A stretch of DNA of 64,000 nucleotides from an uncultured delta proteobacterium (GTDB lineage: Bacteria > Desulfobacterota > Binatia > UBA9968): assembly GCA_963745035.1 (NCBI GenBank), contig CAVUVW010000016.1, positions 96,001 to 160,000 of the forward strand, written 5' to 3'. The number at the start of each line of letters is the position of its first letter. Position 1 is the first letter of the stretch. Made by a program: the position numbers and the translations under genes. The notes beneath the pieces are model-generated. The model searched no databases. It was not told the origin of the DNA and saw nothing but the letters and a program-made list of their open reading frames with translations. Positions 19,721 to 28,844 of this stretch are shown in pieces.

Positions 19721-20851
19721 TCATAATCCGTACAGCGCCGCGGCGTTGTCGCGGTAGACTTTGCGTTTTACGTCCTCCGGCAGGTGGGCCGAGTCTTTGG
19801 CGACGATGTCCTGGGAGAACGGCCACGTGCTGTCCGGGTGCGGATAGTCCGAGCCCCACATGACGTGACCTTCGCCGAAGAATTGGACGAGATGGAGGCC
19901 GACGAAATCGGTTTGAAACGTCGCCCAAACCTGGCGCTTGAAAATTTCGCTGGGCATCGATTTGAGAGGAATCTCCGCGGCCTTTCTACGCTCGAATTGC
20001 CGCTTGTAGCGGTAGTCCATTTCCTGCACGACGAAGGGAATCCAGCCGATGGCGGATTCGGCGAGGCAAAATTTAAGCTTGGGATGGCGCTCGAGGGTTC
20101 CGAAGTTGAACATGTTGACGAACGGATTGAAGAATGAAGTGGCGCCATTGCTGAGGCCCATGTCGAAGGTGCCTTGGCGCTCGCCGGGCTTGACGGCGTC
20201 GATCGTCGCCCTGACGGTGCCACTCTGCGTGCTGCCACCGACGTGATAGGAAACCACGATGCCGGCGTCTTCGGCGGCGTCCCAGAACACGTCCCAAGGT
20301 TTCATATTCATTTCAAGGGTCACGTCATTGACGAGAAAATTGGCCTCGCGAAAGCCCAACTTTGCCACCCGCGTGACCTCGTCGCGCGCGGCTTCGGCGT
20401 CGACGGAAGAAAGCATGGCGACGGGAAAGAAACGTTTTGGCGCGGTCTTGCCGAATTCCAGGGCCCAATCATTATAGGCTTGGACGCAAGCGTTTCGCAG
20501 TTCGGGCTCGCCCACTTGCATGGCGATGATCGGGGGAAACATGAGCGAGGCCTGGACGCCGTCGCGATCCATGTCGGTGAGACGTTTTTCCGAAGTGGTC
20601 GGGCGGTGCGCTTCACCGACGCCGCCCCGATCGAGAGCGAGGCGCGTGCGATTGGACTTCGCAAACCAGCGCTCGCCGCGATACTCGGCCCAGGTTTCGC
20701 CGTCGCACACCCAGTACTCGCCCTTTTCGCCGCGGTCTTCGACGTGCGGTGCGCGCTCGCGCAAATTGTTCGGCAGCCGTTCCGTCCATAAGTCTCTCGG
20801 CAAATACCCCAAATCGATGTGATCGTCGGCGGAAATCATCGTGAAGGTCAT
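19721..20851 (-). CDS. amidohydrolase family protein
   Basis: MISADDHID, DMDRDGVQA, YHVG, WGSDYPHPDSTWP; RBS GGAGGAG. Confidence 0.9.
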   Translation of the reverse strand: MTFTMISADDHIDLGYLPRDLWTERLPNNLRERAPHVEDRGEKGEYWVCDGETWAEYRGERWFAKSNRTRLALDRGGVGEAHRPTTSEKRLTDMDRDGVQASLMFPPIIAMQVGEPELRNACVQAYNDWALEFGKTAPKRFFPVAMLSSVDAEAARDEVTRVAKLGFREANFLVNDVTLEMNMKPWDVFWDAAEDAGIVVSYHVGGSTQSGTVRATIDAVKPGERQGTFDMGLSNGATSFFNPFVNMFNFGTLERHPKLKFCLAESAIGWIPFVVQEMDYRYKRQFERRKAAEIPLKSMPSEIFKRQVWATFQTDFVGLHLVQFFGEGHVMWGSDYPHPDSTWPFSQDIVAKDSAHLPEDVKRKVYRDNAAALYGL

Positions 20852-20900
20852 TTTTTGGTTCTCCTCCAGGTCGTGCGTAGTCTTTTCTCGGACAATTTTA

Positions 20901-20931
20901 ATTCTAAACGCCAACGAGCTGCTGGTGTCAA
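20901..20931 (-). promoter_or_regulatory. putative sigma70 promoter
   Basis: On the minus strand TTGACA-N19-TAGAAT lies upstream of the 20851 start; the spacer is long. Confidence 0.35.
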
Positions 20932-21007
20932 GCCGCGCGCCAAGTCGCCGCGCCGACGAATCTAAAGGGACGAGCAGATGCGAGAACAGGCTTCGCGGGA
21001 CGGTTTT

Positions 21008-21910
21008 TCAGTTCAAATCCCAGTAGGCAAACCCCATGGCGCAGCCGACGCCGGTGGGGGTGCGGTAGAGCGGCTGGTATTCGATCATCTTGCCCGGGCG
21101 ATTGGCCGCCGCGGCCGTGACGATCCAGTTGCGTATTTCAGACGTGCCTTCGATTAAGAGAGGCGCGGGCATGGCGGCCATGTAATCCTGGTCGTTGTGT
21201 TCGAGCGCACGCATGAAATCCTGATCCAGCTTCTCGTCGATCTTCGTGTGGCTGAGGCCGCCCGAGCCGACGATGACGACCCGTTCCTCTCCGGGTAAAC
21301 GCTTCAGCACGCGCGCCAACGCGTGTCCGAATGTGGCGCAGCGTTTCGCCGAGGGCGCCGGCGGATAGTACGTGTTGACCATGACCGGAATTACCGCACA
21401 GCTTGCGTCCGGGCTCAAGAATTTAAGCACGCGCGCGAAAGCGTGGCCTAGGCCGCCGTCATACCGGGTTTTTTTTGAATAGGACGGGTCGAAGCCTTCA
21501 TCCATCAGGCTGTTGACCAACGCCTCGCCTATCTTGCTGTGGACGCGATAGGTCGTGCGATTCTCCGACTTGGGTTGGTTCAAATAGCGCAGGCTGACGC
21601 TAGCCTCGGCTTCATCGCCCATGTAGATCGTAAAGGGCGGCATGTTGTCATCGACCAAATTCTCGTGCTGGTCGTCACCGACGACCATAATCACGTCGGG
21701 GCGTGAAGCTGCGATTGTTTCGCGCAGCTTACCGATCGCCGCCATGCAACTGTTCCACTTTGCCCATCTCACTTCCTGGGTTTCATTTTCCAGGCCCGGT
21801 TTGTCGGGCAAGCGTTCGCCTTGCCGATTATTCAACAGATGCCAGTAGTCCGGATTGAGCATCAACTGGGGAGCGTGTGACATGGCTGCGCAAGCGATTA
21901 GTTTTGCCAT
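21008..21910 (-). CDS. extradiol ring-cleavage dioxygenase, LigB/class III family
   Basis: AMSHAP, VGDDQHEN, GHAF, GSGGLSH, GTSEIRNW. Confidence 0.85.
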   Translation of the reverse strand: MAKLIACAAMSHAPQLMLNPDYWHLLNNRQGERLPDKPGLENETQEVRWAKWNSCMAAIGKLRETIAASRPDVIMVVGDDQHENLVDDNMPPFTIYMGDEAEASVSLRYLNQPKSENRTTYRVHSKIGEALVNSLMDEGFDPSYSKKTRYDGGLGHAFARVLKFLSPDASCAVIPVMVNTYYPPAPSAKRCATFGHALARVLKRLPGEERVVIVGSGGLSHTKIDEKLDQDFMRALEHNDQDYMAAMPAPLLIEGTSEIRNWIVTAAAANRPGKMIEYQPLYRTPTGVGCAMGFAYWDLN

Positions 21911-21917
21911 AATTTTC

Positions 21918-21999
21918 GGTCTCGGGTCTGGAGTTCAGCGTCTCGGGTTTCAGTACTTAGGTCGCAACAACCCAAGACTCGAGACGCTAGACGCAAAAC
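21918..21999. repeat. inverted 7-bp-period repeat array, same family as 19650
   Basis: ggtctcg ggtctgg agttcag cgtctcg ... ccaagac tcgagac gctagac gcaaaac. Confidence 0.55.
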
Positions 22000-22005
22000 A
22001 GCTCT

Positions 22006-23049
22006 TTACGCGTGAGCGGCTTTCATGTCGGACAGCTCCGGCACGTTCACGTTCAATTTGGACCAGCTTGCGCCGCTGTCTTCGCTGCCGAAAAGATCGC
22101 CGCTGCGCTGAGCGGCATACATGCAATCCGCGTTTTCGGGGTCGAACGCAAAGCTCTCGACGAAACTCTTGTTGGCCTTGGAAACCTCGCCGTCGAGCTT
22201 GTGCCAGTTCTTGCCGCCGTCGGTCGATTGAATCAGAAACGCTTCGGCCCCGGTTTCGCGCCGGCGCCATTGCCCTGGTTGACCGTTGGCAACCGCGGAA
22301 TAAATCACGTTGGCTTTTTTCGGATGAATCGCGAGCGGAACGGAGTACTCCTCTTTGAAATCGGCGGCCATCGGCGCCCAGTTTTTGCCGCCATCCTGGC
22401 TCGAGTAGAGCGCGCGGCCCGGAGCTTTGCCGGCGCGGCAGTCATGGCCGCCGGTGGCGATGAAGATTTTATCGCTGTCTTCGGGATGGAGCACGATGGT
22501 GTGGACGTCGCAGTCGAGGTTTTTATTGAGCAGTTCCCAATTTCTCCCGCCGTCGATGGTCTTGAGCATGTAGCCGACTTGCAAGGCGACGTACATGGTC
22601 TGAGGATTTTTCGGATCGATGGTGATGTCCCTGACGTGAGGCTCGACGACGGCTACCGGGTAGGTAATTGTAGAAACCCAGGGGATATTCCAAACCGAAT
22701 CGAGTCGATCCCAACTCTTCGCGCCGTCCTTGCTGACAAAAACGTCGATGGGCTCGGTGCCGGCGTAGAGCGTATTGGCATCATGCGGATCGAAGCTCAG
22801 GCAGCGCACTTTTCCCGGACCGCGCTTGCCGTAACTGGGCTTTTTCCACGTAGCGCCGAAATCTTCGCTTAGCCAAACGCCGTCGCCACGGGTGCCGGCG
22901 AAGACCTTATTGGGCGCCGACGGCGATACCGCGACTTCGGGAACTTCCCAATCTTTGAGGCCGTGAGAGGCGACTTTCCAATCGCGTCCGTCGCCGCTCT
23001 TGAGTGTCACCACGCCTTCATCGGTGCCGACGTAAAGGATCGAGGCCAT
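22006..23049 (-). CDS. BNR/Asp-box repeat beta-propeller protein
   Basis: Repeated S.DGG..W motifs (SEDFGATW, SKDGAKSW, TIDGGRNW, SQDGGKNW, STDGGKNW, SEDSGASW); no signal peptide. Confidence 0.8.
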   Translation of the reverse strand: MASILYVGTDEGVVTLKSGDGRDWKVASHGLKDWEVPEVAVSPSAPNKVFAGTRGDGVWLSEDFGATWKKPSYGKRGPGKVRCLSFDPHDANTLYAGTEPIDVFVSKDGAKSWDRLDSVWNIPWVSTITYPVAVVEPHVRDITIDPKNPQTMYVALQVGYMLKTIDGGRNWELLNKNLDCDVHTIVLHPEDSDKIFIATGGHDCRAGKAPGRALYSSQDGGKNWAPMAADFKEEYSVPLAIHPKKANVIYSAVANGQPGQWRRRETGAEAFLIQSTDGGKNWHKLDGEVSKANKSFVESFAFDPENADCMYAAQRSGDLFGSEDSGASWSKLNVNVPELSDMKAAHA

Positions 23050-23126
23050 AATCGGTTACCTCCCTTAGATAAGAGCTGAAATACTACAGAAGGAGGCAGG
23101 CGACAAGGCAATCCTAACGGCAGAAG

Positions 23127-23155
23127 GTTCAATTCGTTCAAAACGTTCAAATCGT
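23127..23155 (+). repeat. 9-bp-period GTTCAA array
   Basis: gttcaattc gttcaaaac gttcaaatc. Confidence 0.65.
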
Positions 23156-23178
23156 GAGGACATCGAACACTCCGGCCG

Positions 23179-24336
23179 CTACTCCGCGGCGAATGAGGCG
23201 ACATGCGCCCAGGCGTGCGTCTCGGCCCACATCATCACTTCAGGCGAGCCGGTGTAGTCGAGCGGGTTCTGAGCGATGACGCCGAACAAACGTTTCTCGT
23301 TCCAGCTCCGGTTAAAGACGACCCGGCGTGCTCCGGGCAATGCGGTCTCGACTGCGTCGATGACCCGGTCGGCGGCTTCGGCGCTGCCGGAAACCGATTT
23401 CAGCACGTCGCGGCGCAGCGCGAGAATGAAGCCCTGCGTCTCCCCGGGTGTGCTGTTATCGACCTTGGCATAGAGCTCCGGGTTCTTGCCTTCTTCAGCC
23501 CAAGTGCTGCGGCTCGGCGACCAAATCTCGGTTGCCTCGAACTCTACGGGCTCCGGCTTTTCCAGATACTCGCCGGTCCATTTGCGGTTGCTGGCCTCGC
23601 TCCACGACAAGCGGCCGAACGGCAGCCATTTCGACTGGCCCGGCCGGTTTTGGAAAGAGCGGATCGACGTGGGACGCGGCATAAGATCGATCAGTTTGGT
23701 CATCGGCGCGACGATGTGGCGCCAGGTTTCCCAACGGTAGAGCGGCGGCTCCGGACCGGCGAGCAGGCAGGCAATTCGCATATTCGGCCGGTTCCAGGGG
23801 AAAACAATCGCGAAGCGGGCGAACGGTCCATCGCCGAACGGCCAGGGAGGCTGCCCGTCAGGCTTTGGGCGAGGGGCGCCGGAATCGGGAGGCTCTTGCC
23901 GCGCGAGCCATGGCTCGCCGGTGGCGTCGAAGATTGCGAGCGCCTGATCTGCGATGGCATCGTAAAATTGCTGCGACTTGACCGACTCGCCCGAATCGTA
24001 TCCGCGCGGGCCGAATTCGAACCAGTCCCCACCGCGCCGGCCGCCATGCGCGTCGCGCGGCGTCAGCCTTCGTCGGTCATAGAAAATGTGGCCGACGTTA
24101 ATCTTGTCGATGAGCAGGTGTTTCCACGGCCCGTCGGTGAAGCCATCGGGTCCGGTCCGCCCGACTTCGACGACGAAGCTGCCGCCTGCGCTATAGAATT
24201 GAACCATCAGGTAGTCGATGCGGCCCGGCATGCGCCGGCGGAAATGGGGGAATGAGCCGGCGAACCCGCGCTCCCGAAGCGCCGGCACAAAGCGGGTCTT
24301 CAAAGCACTCATCATTCGCTCACGATGCTCGGTCAT
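23179..24336 (-). CDS. DUF4304-like domain protein fused to an unknown C-terminal domain
   Basis: N-terminal VPALRERGFAGSFPHFRR...QFYSAGGSFVVE; Pro-rich linker. Confidence 0.6.
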   Translation of the reverse strand: MTEHRERMMSALKTRFVPALRERGFAGSFPHFRRRMPGRIDYLMVQFYSAGGSFVVEVGRTGPDGFTDGPWKHLLIDKINVGHIFYDRRRLTPRDAHGGRRGGDWFEFGPRGYDSGESVKSQQFYDAIADQALAIFDATGEPWLARQEPPDSGAPRPKPDGQPPWPFGDGPFARFAIVFPWNRPNMRIACLLAGPEPPLYRWETWRHIVAPMTKLIDLMPRPTSIRSFQNRPGQSKWLPFGRLSWSEASNRKWTGEYLEKPEPVEFEATEIWSPSRSTWAEEGKNPELYAKVDNSTPGETQGFILALRRDVLKSVSGSAEAADRVIDAVETALPGARRVVFNRSWNEKRLFGVIAQNPLDYTGSPEVMMWAETHAWAHVASFAAE

Positions 24337-24394
24337 ATTGGACTAATGGGCCGGACGTCATCTGCACCCACGTTGTCAGTTGAAACAGTTGCAC

Positions 24395-24679
24395 TCAGAG
24401 TCGACGCCAAGCACTACGGAGCGCTGCAAGCCAGAGTCGTAGAACCTCAAATGACCGAGGTGGAACCACATCCGCGATGTCGCTGAGGCTAAAATCAAGA
24501 TCGCTCGCTTCAGACACATGCCGACCACCGACCTTTACTATCTCATCTGCTCCAGCGAGGACGACTTCATCGATACGTCTTCCGTCCGACAAGATTAAAG
24601 TCACCGTAGTGGCGCCATAAGATGACTCCGGAAAGGAGTGTGCTTTGGCAGCAAGTTTGTCTGAGATTTTCAGCCTCAT
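24395..24679 (-). CDS. hypothetical protein
   Basis: 94 aa ORF (FPESSYGATTVTLILSDGRRI) filling the gap between co-oriented genes. Confidence 0.6.
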   Translation of the reverse strand: MRLKISDKLAAKAHSFPESSYGATTVTLILSDGRRIDEVVLAGADEIVKVGGRHVSEASDLDFSLSDIADVVPPRSFEVLRLWLAALRSAWRRL

Positions 24680-24865
24680 AATTAGGATAGCCTAACTGCT
24701 GGCCGGAGCCGCGCTCGGAAGACGCAGCGCAGACCAGCTCTTGCGGATATTAATATCAGCAAATGGCGCCGGCAAGAAAAAGGCTCACTAAGACGGTCTT
24801 TGCGGAACCGCAAACTTGTGGCATTGAGGTTTGACGCCTGTTCAGAACTGGCTTCGAGATCCGAC

Positions 24866-25813
24866 TCAATATCCCAACTCTTTGTCGACCAAGTTTTGCA
24901 GCGGCTCGCCGGCAATGAAGCGGAGCAGGTTCTCCTGGAAAATCGGTAACAGGGGCGCCCATTTCTGGCTCGTAATGCCGGCGATGCGTGGGGTGATGAT
25001 CACGTGCGGGAGATTCCACAGTTCGGAATCTTCGGGCAGCGGTTGCTTTGGGAAGGCGTCGAGGGCAGCGCCGGCTATCCAGCGCTCCTTGAGCGCAAGC
25101 ACGAGCAAACTTTCCTCGATGGCGCGGCCGCCGGTGAGATTGATGAGATAGGCGCTTGGCTTCATCAGACGCAATTCATGCTCGCCGATGATGTTGAACG
25201 TCAAGGGCACCGAGGCGAGAAGTAGTACCACGAAGTCGGACTGCGAGAGCAGTTTTGGCAGAAGGTCCGGCCCGCCTAGCTCGTCGACGTAGTCAGGTTT
25301 CGGGATGGCAGTGCGCTTGGTCGCGATCACGCGCATGCCGAGTGCCTTGGCTTTACGTGCTAGGTCCGAACCCGCGACTCCTAACCCGACGATCCCCAAA
25401 GTTTGGCCTTCGATCTCGAACGGCTGGAGTCGCTTCCACTCCTTTGCTCTCTGCGCGTCCATGCACTGCGGCAGTTTCTTCGCGAACGCGAGCATGCATG
25501 CGAGAGCGAATTCCGAAAATACTGTGCCGTGAATGCCCTTGGAGCCGGTGACTTGGATGGGTCGCGTCTTTACCTGCGGCGTGAGATAGGTATTGACGCC
25601 GCCGCGCGTGACGTGAAGCCAGCGGAGGTTCGGCATCTTCTCGACGAGCGAATCGGGCAGAGGCTCTTCGGTGAAAACGCCTGCCACTTGGCTGAGCCAT
25701 TCCGGGTTGGTCTCACTGTCGTCGCATTGGCGCAATTCGCAGTTAGGAGCAGCTTGTCGCAGTGACGCCAAGTCTTCAACGGAAAGCTTCACGCGTAGCC
25801 ATACGCGAGTCAT
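24866..25813 (-). CDS. D-2-hydroxyacid dehydrogenase
   Basis: TLGIVGLGVAG, SDFVVL, GAALDAF, ITPR (the usual His of TPH reads Arg). Confidence 0.85.
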   Translation of the reverse strand: MTRVWLRVKLSVEDLASLRQAAPNCELRQCDDSETNPEWLSQVAGVFTEEPLPDSLVEKMPNLRWLHVTRGGVNTYLTPQVKTRPIQVTGSKGIHGTVFSEFALACMLAFAKKLPQCMDAQRAKEWKRLQPFEIEGQTLGIVGLGVAGSDLARKAKALGMRVIATKRTAIPKPDYVDELGGPDLLPKLLSQSDFVVLLLASVPLTFNIIGEHELRLMKPSAYLINLTGGRAIEESLLVLALKERWIAGAALDAFPKQPLPEDSELWNLPHVIITPRIAGITSQKWAPLLPIFQENLLRFIAGEPLQNLVDKELGY

Positions 25814-25949
25814 CGCGACTCTCGTATAGCAATGCCCATGAGCTGTCAATCAAACTTTCATTGACGGCAGTCGAATCTACCGTGTTACTAAGCCGACAAA
25901 TTCGACGTGGAGGCCGACAATCCAAAATCGAAAATTTAAAATCCAAAAT

Positions 25950-26660
25950 CTGAAGCGCCGTCTCATCGAGGCCATTCAGGTCATTACCGGCGAGGGCGTG
26001 CTTTCAGGTTCGGGGCATCTGAGCACGCGTATTTCCGGCACGGAAACGTTTCTGATTAACCCGCGCTTCGCCGGCGCGCTCGCCGATGTCAAAGACATCT
26101 GCACGGTGGATTTTTCCGGGAAACGCATTGCAGGCAAGGGTCCGATTCCCTCCGAGACGCCGATCCACGCGGCGGTTTACCGGAAGCGGCCCGATGTCGG
26201 GAGCGTGATTCACTGCCACGCACGCTATTCGATCCTCGTCGGCTTGCTCGAGTCCGGTCTCGTTCCTTTCAACCGCGAGGCGCGGATCTTCGCCGACGGT
26301 GTGCCGGTCTTTCCCGATAGCCGCGGCATCAACGACTTCGCTCTGGCCGAACGAATGGTCGCCAATCTCGGACCGCATTGGGCGACGTTTCTGCGCGGGC
26401 ACGGGGTTGTCGTCGTTGGTCCCGGTATTGAAGGCGCCTGCATCTCGGCGATTCAACTGGAACGCGCCTGCCAGGATCAGCTTCTAATGATGAGCATTTC
26501 CGACGTGAAGCCCATGGAAGACGCGGGTCGCGGACGGAACAATGCGAGATTGGAGAATCCGTATCGAGCTTGGCCGTTTCTTCTCTACAAGCATAAGGTG
26601 AAGTCGAGAGCACAGATTCGGGCCGGCATCCGGACGCTCAAAGAAGGCGAGCACTACTGA
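25950..26660 (+). CDS. class II aldolase/adducin family protein (start uncertain)
   Basis: SGHLS.R, PSETPIHAAVY..RPDV.SVIHCH, LRGHG. The frame is open upstream of GTG 25998, but the real start is obscured by a 7-mer repeat at 25918-25950. Confidence 0.85.
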   Translation: MKRRLIEAIQVITGEGVLSGSGHLSTRISGTETFLINPRFAGALADVKDICTVDFSGKRIAGKGPIPSETPIHAAVYRKRPDVGSVIHCHARYSILVGLLESGLVPFNREARIFADGVPVFPDSRGINDFALAERMVANLGPHWATFLRGHGVVVVGPGIEGACISAIQLERACQDQLLMMSISDVKPMEDAGRGRNNARLENPYRAWPFLLYKHKVKSRAQIRAGIRTLKEGEHY

Positions 26661-27856
26661 TGCGATTTTCGATCTGGTTTATGGGCAGAATTCGCAGCAG
26701 ACGGTTACTGGGTTGCGATTCCGAGCTCCTTCCCCCTTCGGCGGGGGAAGGTTGGGATAGGGGTGAAAAAAAAATCACCCCTTCCTTAGTCCTTCCCCGT
26801 CGAGGGGAAGGAAATGAGAATCGGAAATCGCGCGATAGCTATCAGCGAGGCCTCTTTGTCATTATACTTGCCCTTGGCTTTTTCGTCCTCGCATCCTTCG
26901 CCAAAGTCACGGCACAAGACAGGAAGCTCGACTCCTTTACAATTTCCTATGCGTCGGTGTCGGGAACGCGCGGGCCGCTCTGGATCGCCAAGGACCTGGG
27001 GCTTTTCGAAAAGTATGGCCTCGATGGCAATCTCGTTTATATCGCCTCGGGCGTCACGTCGGTCAACGCGCTGCTGGGCGGCAGCGTGGATATCATCGCG
27101 GCGTCGGGTTCCTCTGCTATCGGCGCGGCGGCGCGGGGCGCGCCCATCGTCATCATCGCCAGCCTCGGCCATATCGCTTACAAGCTGATCGCGCACCCCT
27201 CGATCACAACGGTTCAAGGGCTCAAAGGAAAAATCATCGGATCCAGCCGGATCGGCGCCGGGACCGATTTCGCTCTTCAACGCCTGCTCCCAAAACTTGG
27301 ATTAATTCCGGGCAAAGACGTGACCCTGCTTCCGACAGGGGTGAGCGAGTCGGACAGACGTTTGTTAATGTTGGTGCAGGGGAAGATCGACGCGACCCTC
27401 GGAACTGAAGATAATCTCCTGCAACTCGCGGCTAGGGGCATGAAATTTTCCGTGCTCGCGGATGTTTATGAAGCAGGAGTTTATACGACCGGTAGCGATA
27501 TCGCGACGAGCCGCCAGCTCGTGAAACAGAAACCGCGGCAGCTCAAGGCTTTCATCATGGCACTCACTGAAGGCACGTACATCGGCCGCACGCAAAAAGA
27601 GCAGGCACTGCGCGTGTTCAGAAAGTACTTGAAGATCGAGGATCCCAAGATGCTCGATTCGATGCACAAAAATTACCTGCTCGGATCGATCCCGGAGCGG
27701 CCCTTTCCGAAAGAAGAAGCGATTCAAAACGACATCGAAGATCTGAGCCAGACCTACGCCCATCTCAAGGGCCGAAGAGCCGGCGAGTTCCTCGATCTAT
27801 CCCTGCTCAAGGCTCTCGACGATGAGGGTTTCTTCAAAAAACTCTACGGCAAGTAA
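26660..27856 (+). CDS. ABC substrate-binding protein, SsuA/NMT1 type (start uncertain)
   Basis: GPLWIAKDLGLFEKYGL, GSSRIGAGTDF, C-terminal EGFFKKLYGK. Confidence 0.85.
   Translation: MRFSIWFMGRIRSRRLLGCDSELLPPSAGEGWDRGEKKITPSLVLPRRGEGNENRKSRDSYQRGLFVIILALGFFVLASFAKVTAQDRKLDSFTISYASVSGTRGPLWIAKDLGLFEKYGLDGNLVYIASGVTSVNALLGGSVDIIAASGSSAIGAAARGAPIVIIASLGHIAYKLIAHPSITTVQGLKGKIIGSSRIGAGTDFALQRLLPKLGLIPGKDVTLLPTGVSESDRRLLMLVQGKIDATLGTEDNLLQLAARGMKFSVLADVYEAGVYTTGSDIATSRQLVKQKPRQLKAFIMALTEGTYIGRTQKEQALRVFRKYLKIEDPKMLDSMHKNYLLGSIPERPFPKEEAIQNDIEDLSQTYAHLKGRRAGEFLDLSLLKALDDEGFFKKLYGK
26728..26811. repeat. inverted pair of CCTTCCCC..GGGGAAGG hairpin REPs
   Basis: ccttcccccttcggcgggggaaggttgggataggggtg ... 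caccccttccttagtccttccccgtcgaggggaagg. Confidence 0.7.
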
Positions 27857-27879
27857 TCTCCGTTTACAGCGGACCTTCA

Positions 27880-28283
27880 TTGAGCGCGCCTTCCAAACCC
27901 CGCATTTTGTATTATGAGCTTCCCGGCCAATGGACTCTGCTCGTCGGCGCTTCGGACGCCGACAACGATTATCTCAGCCTCGAAGTAGCACAGCCCGCAG
28001 ACTGGTGGTTTCACGCGGACAAAGTTCCGGGCAGCCACGTGATTCTTCGCGCGAAAGCCGATGAAGAGCCGAGCGCCGACACTCTGCGCCAAGCGGCGAG
28101 CTGTTGCCGGATATCACAGCAAAGCGCGCATGGCCGGGCATCATTCCAGTTCACTGCACGCGGGCGCGGTACGTCACCAAGCCGCGCGGCGTCAAAACCG
28201 GGACCGTCAATGTGAAACACGGCAAAACTTTAAAAGTCCGGCCCGACATCAGTTTCGCAACGCGGAAGCGCTCGGAGAATTGA
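27880..28283 (+). CDS. NFACT RNA-binding domain (DUF814) protein, two apparent frameshifts
   Basis: LVGASDADNDYLS, DWWFHADKVPGSHVIL, then AGYHSKAR and V.KPRG.K.GTV in shifted frames. Confidence 0.7.
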
Positions 28284-28328
28284 TCAGCACTGTTCTGTTT
28301 GGGCTATATCGCGAAACGGACCCATACC

Positions 28329-28398
28329 GTCATTCCGGCGCATGCCGGAATCCAGGCCTTCTGAAAACGGACTGGACACCAGCCTTGGCCGGTGCGAC
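28329..28398. repeat. inverted pair of GTCA..CCGGC-type palindromic REPs upstream of the GIY-YIG gene
   Basis: gtcattccggcgcatgccggaatccag ... ctggacaccagccttggccggtgcgac. Confidence 0.7.
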
Positions 28399-28479
28399 AA
28401 GGCAATTTGTGGGATCTTGATCGAGGTTTTAAGCGTAATTAGAGTCTTCTCCGGCTGACGTGAGCTTCAAGTCTGGAAA

Positions 28480-28767
28480 ATGAAGCAGCCGTGCGTTTAT
28501 TTATTGGCGAGCAGACGGAACGGCACTTTGTATGTAGGAGTGACTTCGGATCTTGTTCAACGCGTTTGGCAACACAAGAACGACGTTATCGAGGGTTTCA
28601 CAAAGCGTTACGGGGTGCACACGCTGGTCTGGTATGATTCTTGTGGTAGCATGACGACGGCGATCGCAAGAGAAAAGGCAATCAAGGAATGGAAACGGGC
28701 CTGGAAAATTCGATTGATTGAGGAAAAGAATCCCGAGTGGAGAGACCTGTACGAGGAGCTGTTATGA
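28480..28767 (+). CDS. small stand-alone GIY-YIG nuclease
   Basis: VYLLAS.RNGTLYVGVTSDL..RV.QHK, AIAREK.IK.WKRAWK, NPEWRDL. Confidence 0.9.
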   Translation: MKQPCVYLLASRRNGTLYVGVTSDLVQRVWQHKNDVIEGFTKRYGVHTLVWYDSCGSMTTAIAREKAIKEWKRAWKIRLIEEKNPEWRDLYEELL

Positions 28768-28768
28768 A

Positions 28769-28794
28769 TGGACACCGGCCTTCGCCGGTGTGAC
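28769..28794. repeat. palindromic REP immediately downstream of the GIY-YIG gene
   Basis: tggacaccggccttcgccggtgtgac. Confidence 0.7.
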
Positions 28795-28844
28795 GACTAA
28801 ACAACTTCATTAAACAGCACGTCGAGTACTACGAGGGAAGAAAC

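Noticed and set aside
25844-25891. tgtcaat-N9-attgacg palindrome as a transcription factor operator
   Set aside because: It is equally explained by back-to-back -35 boxes of divergent promoters, and the -10 matches are too weak to call.
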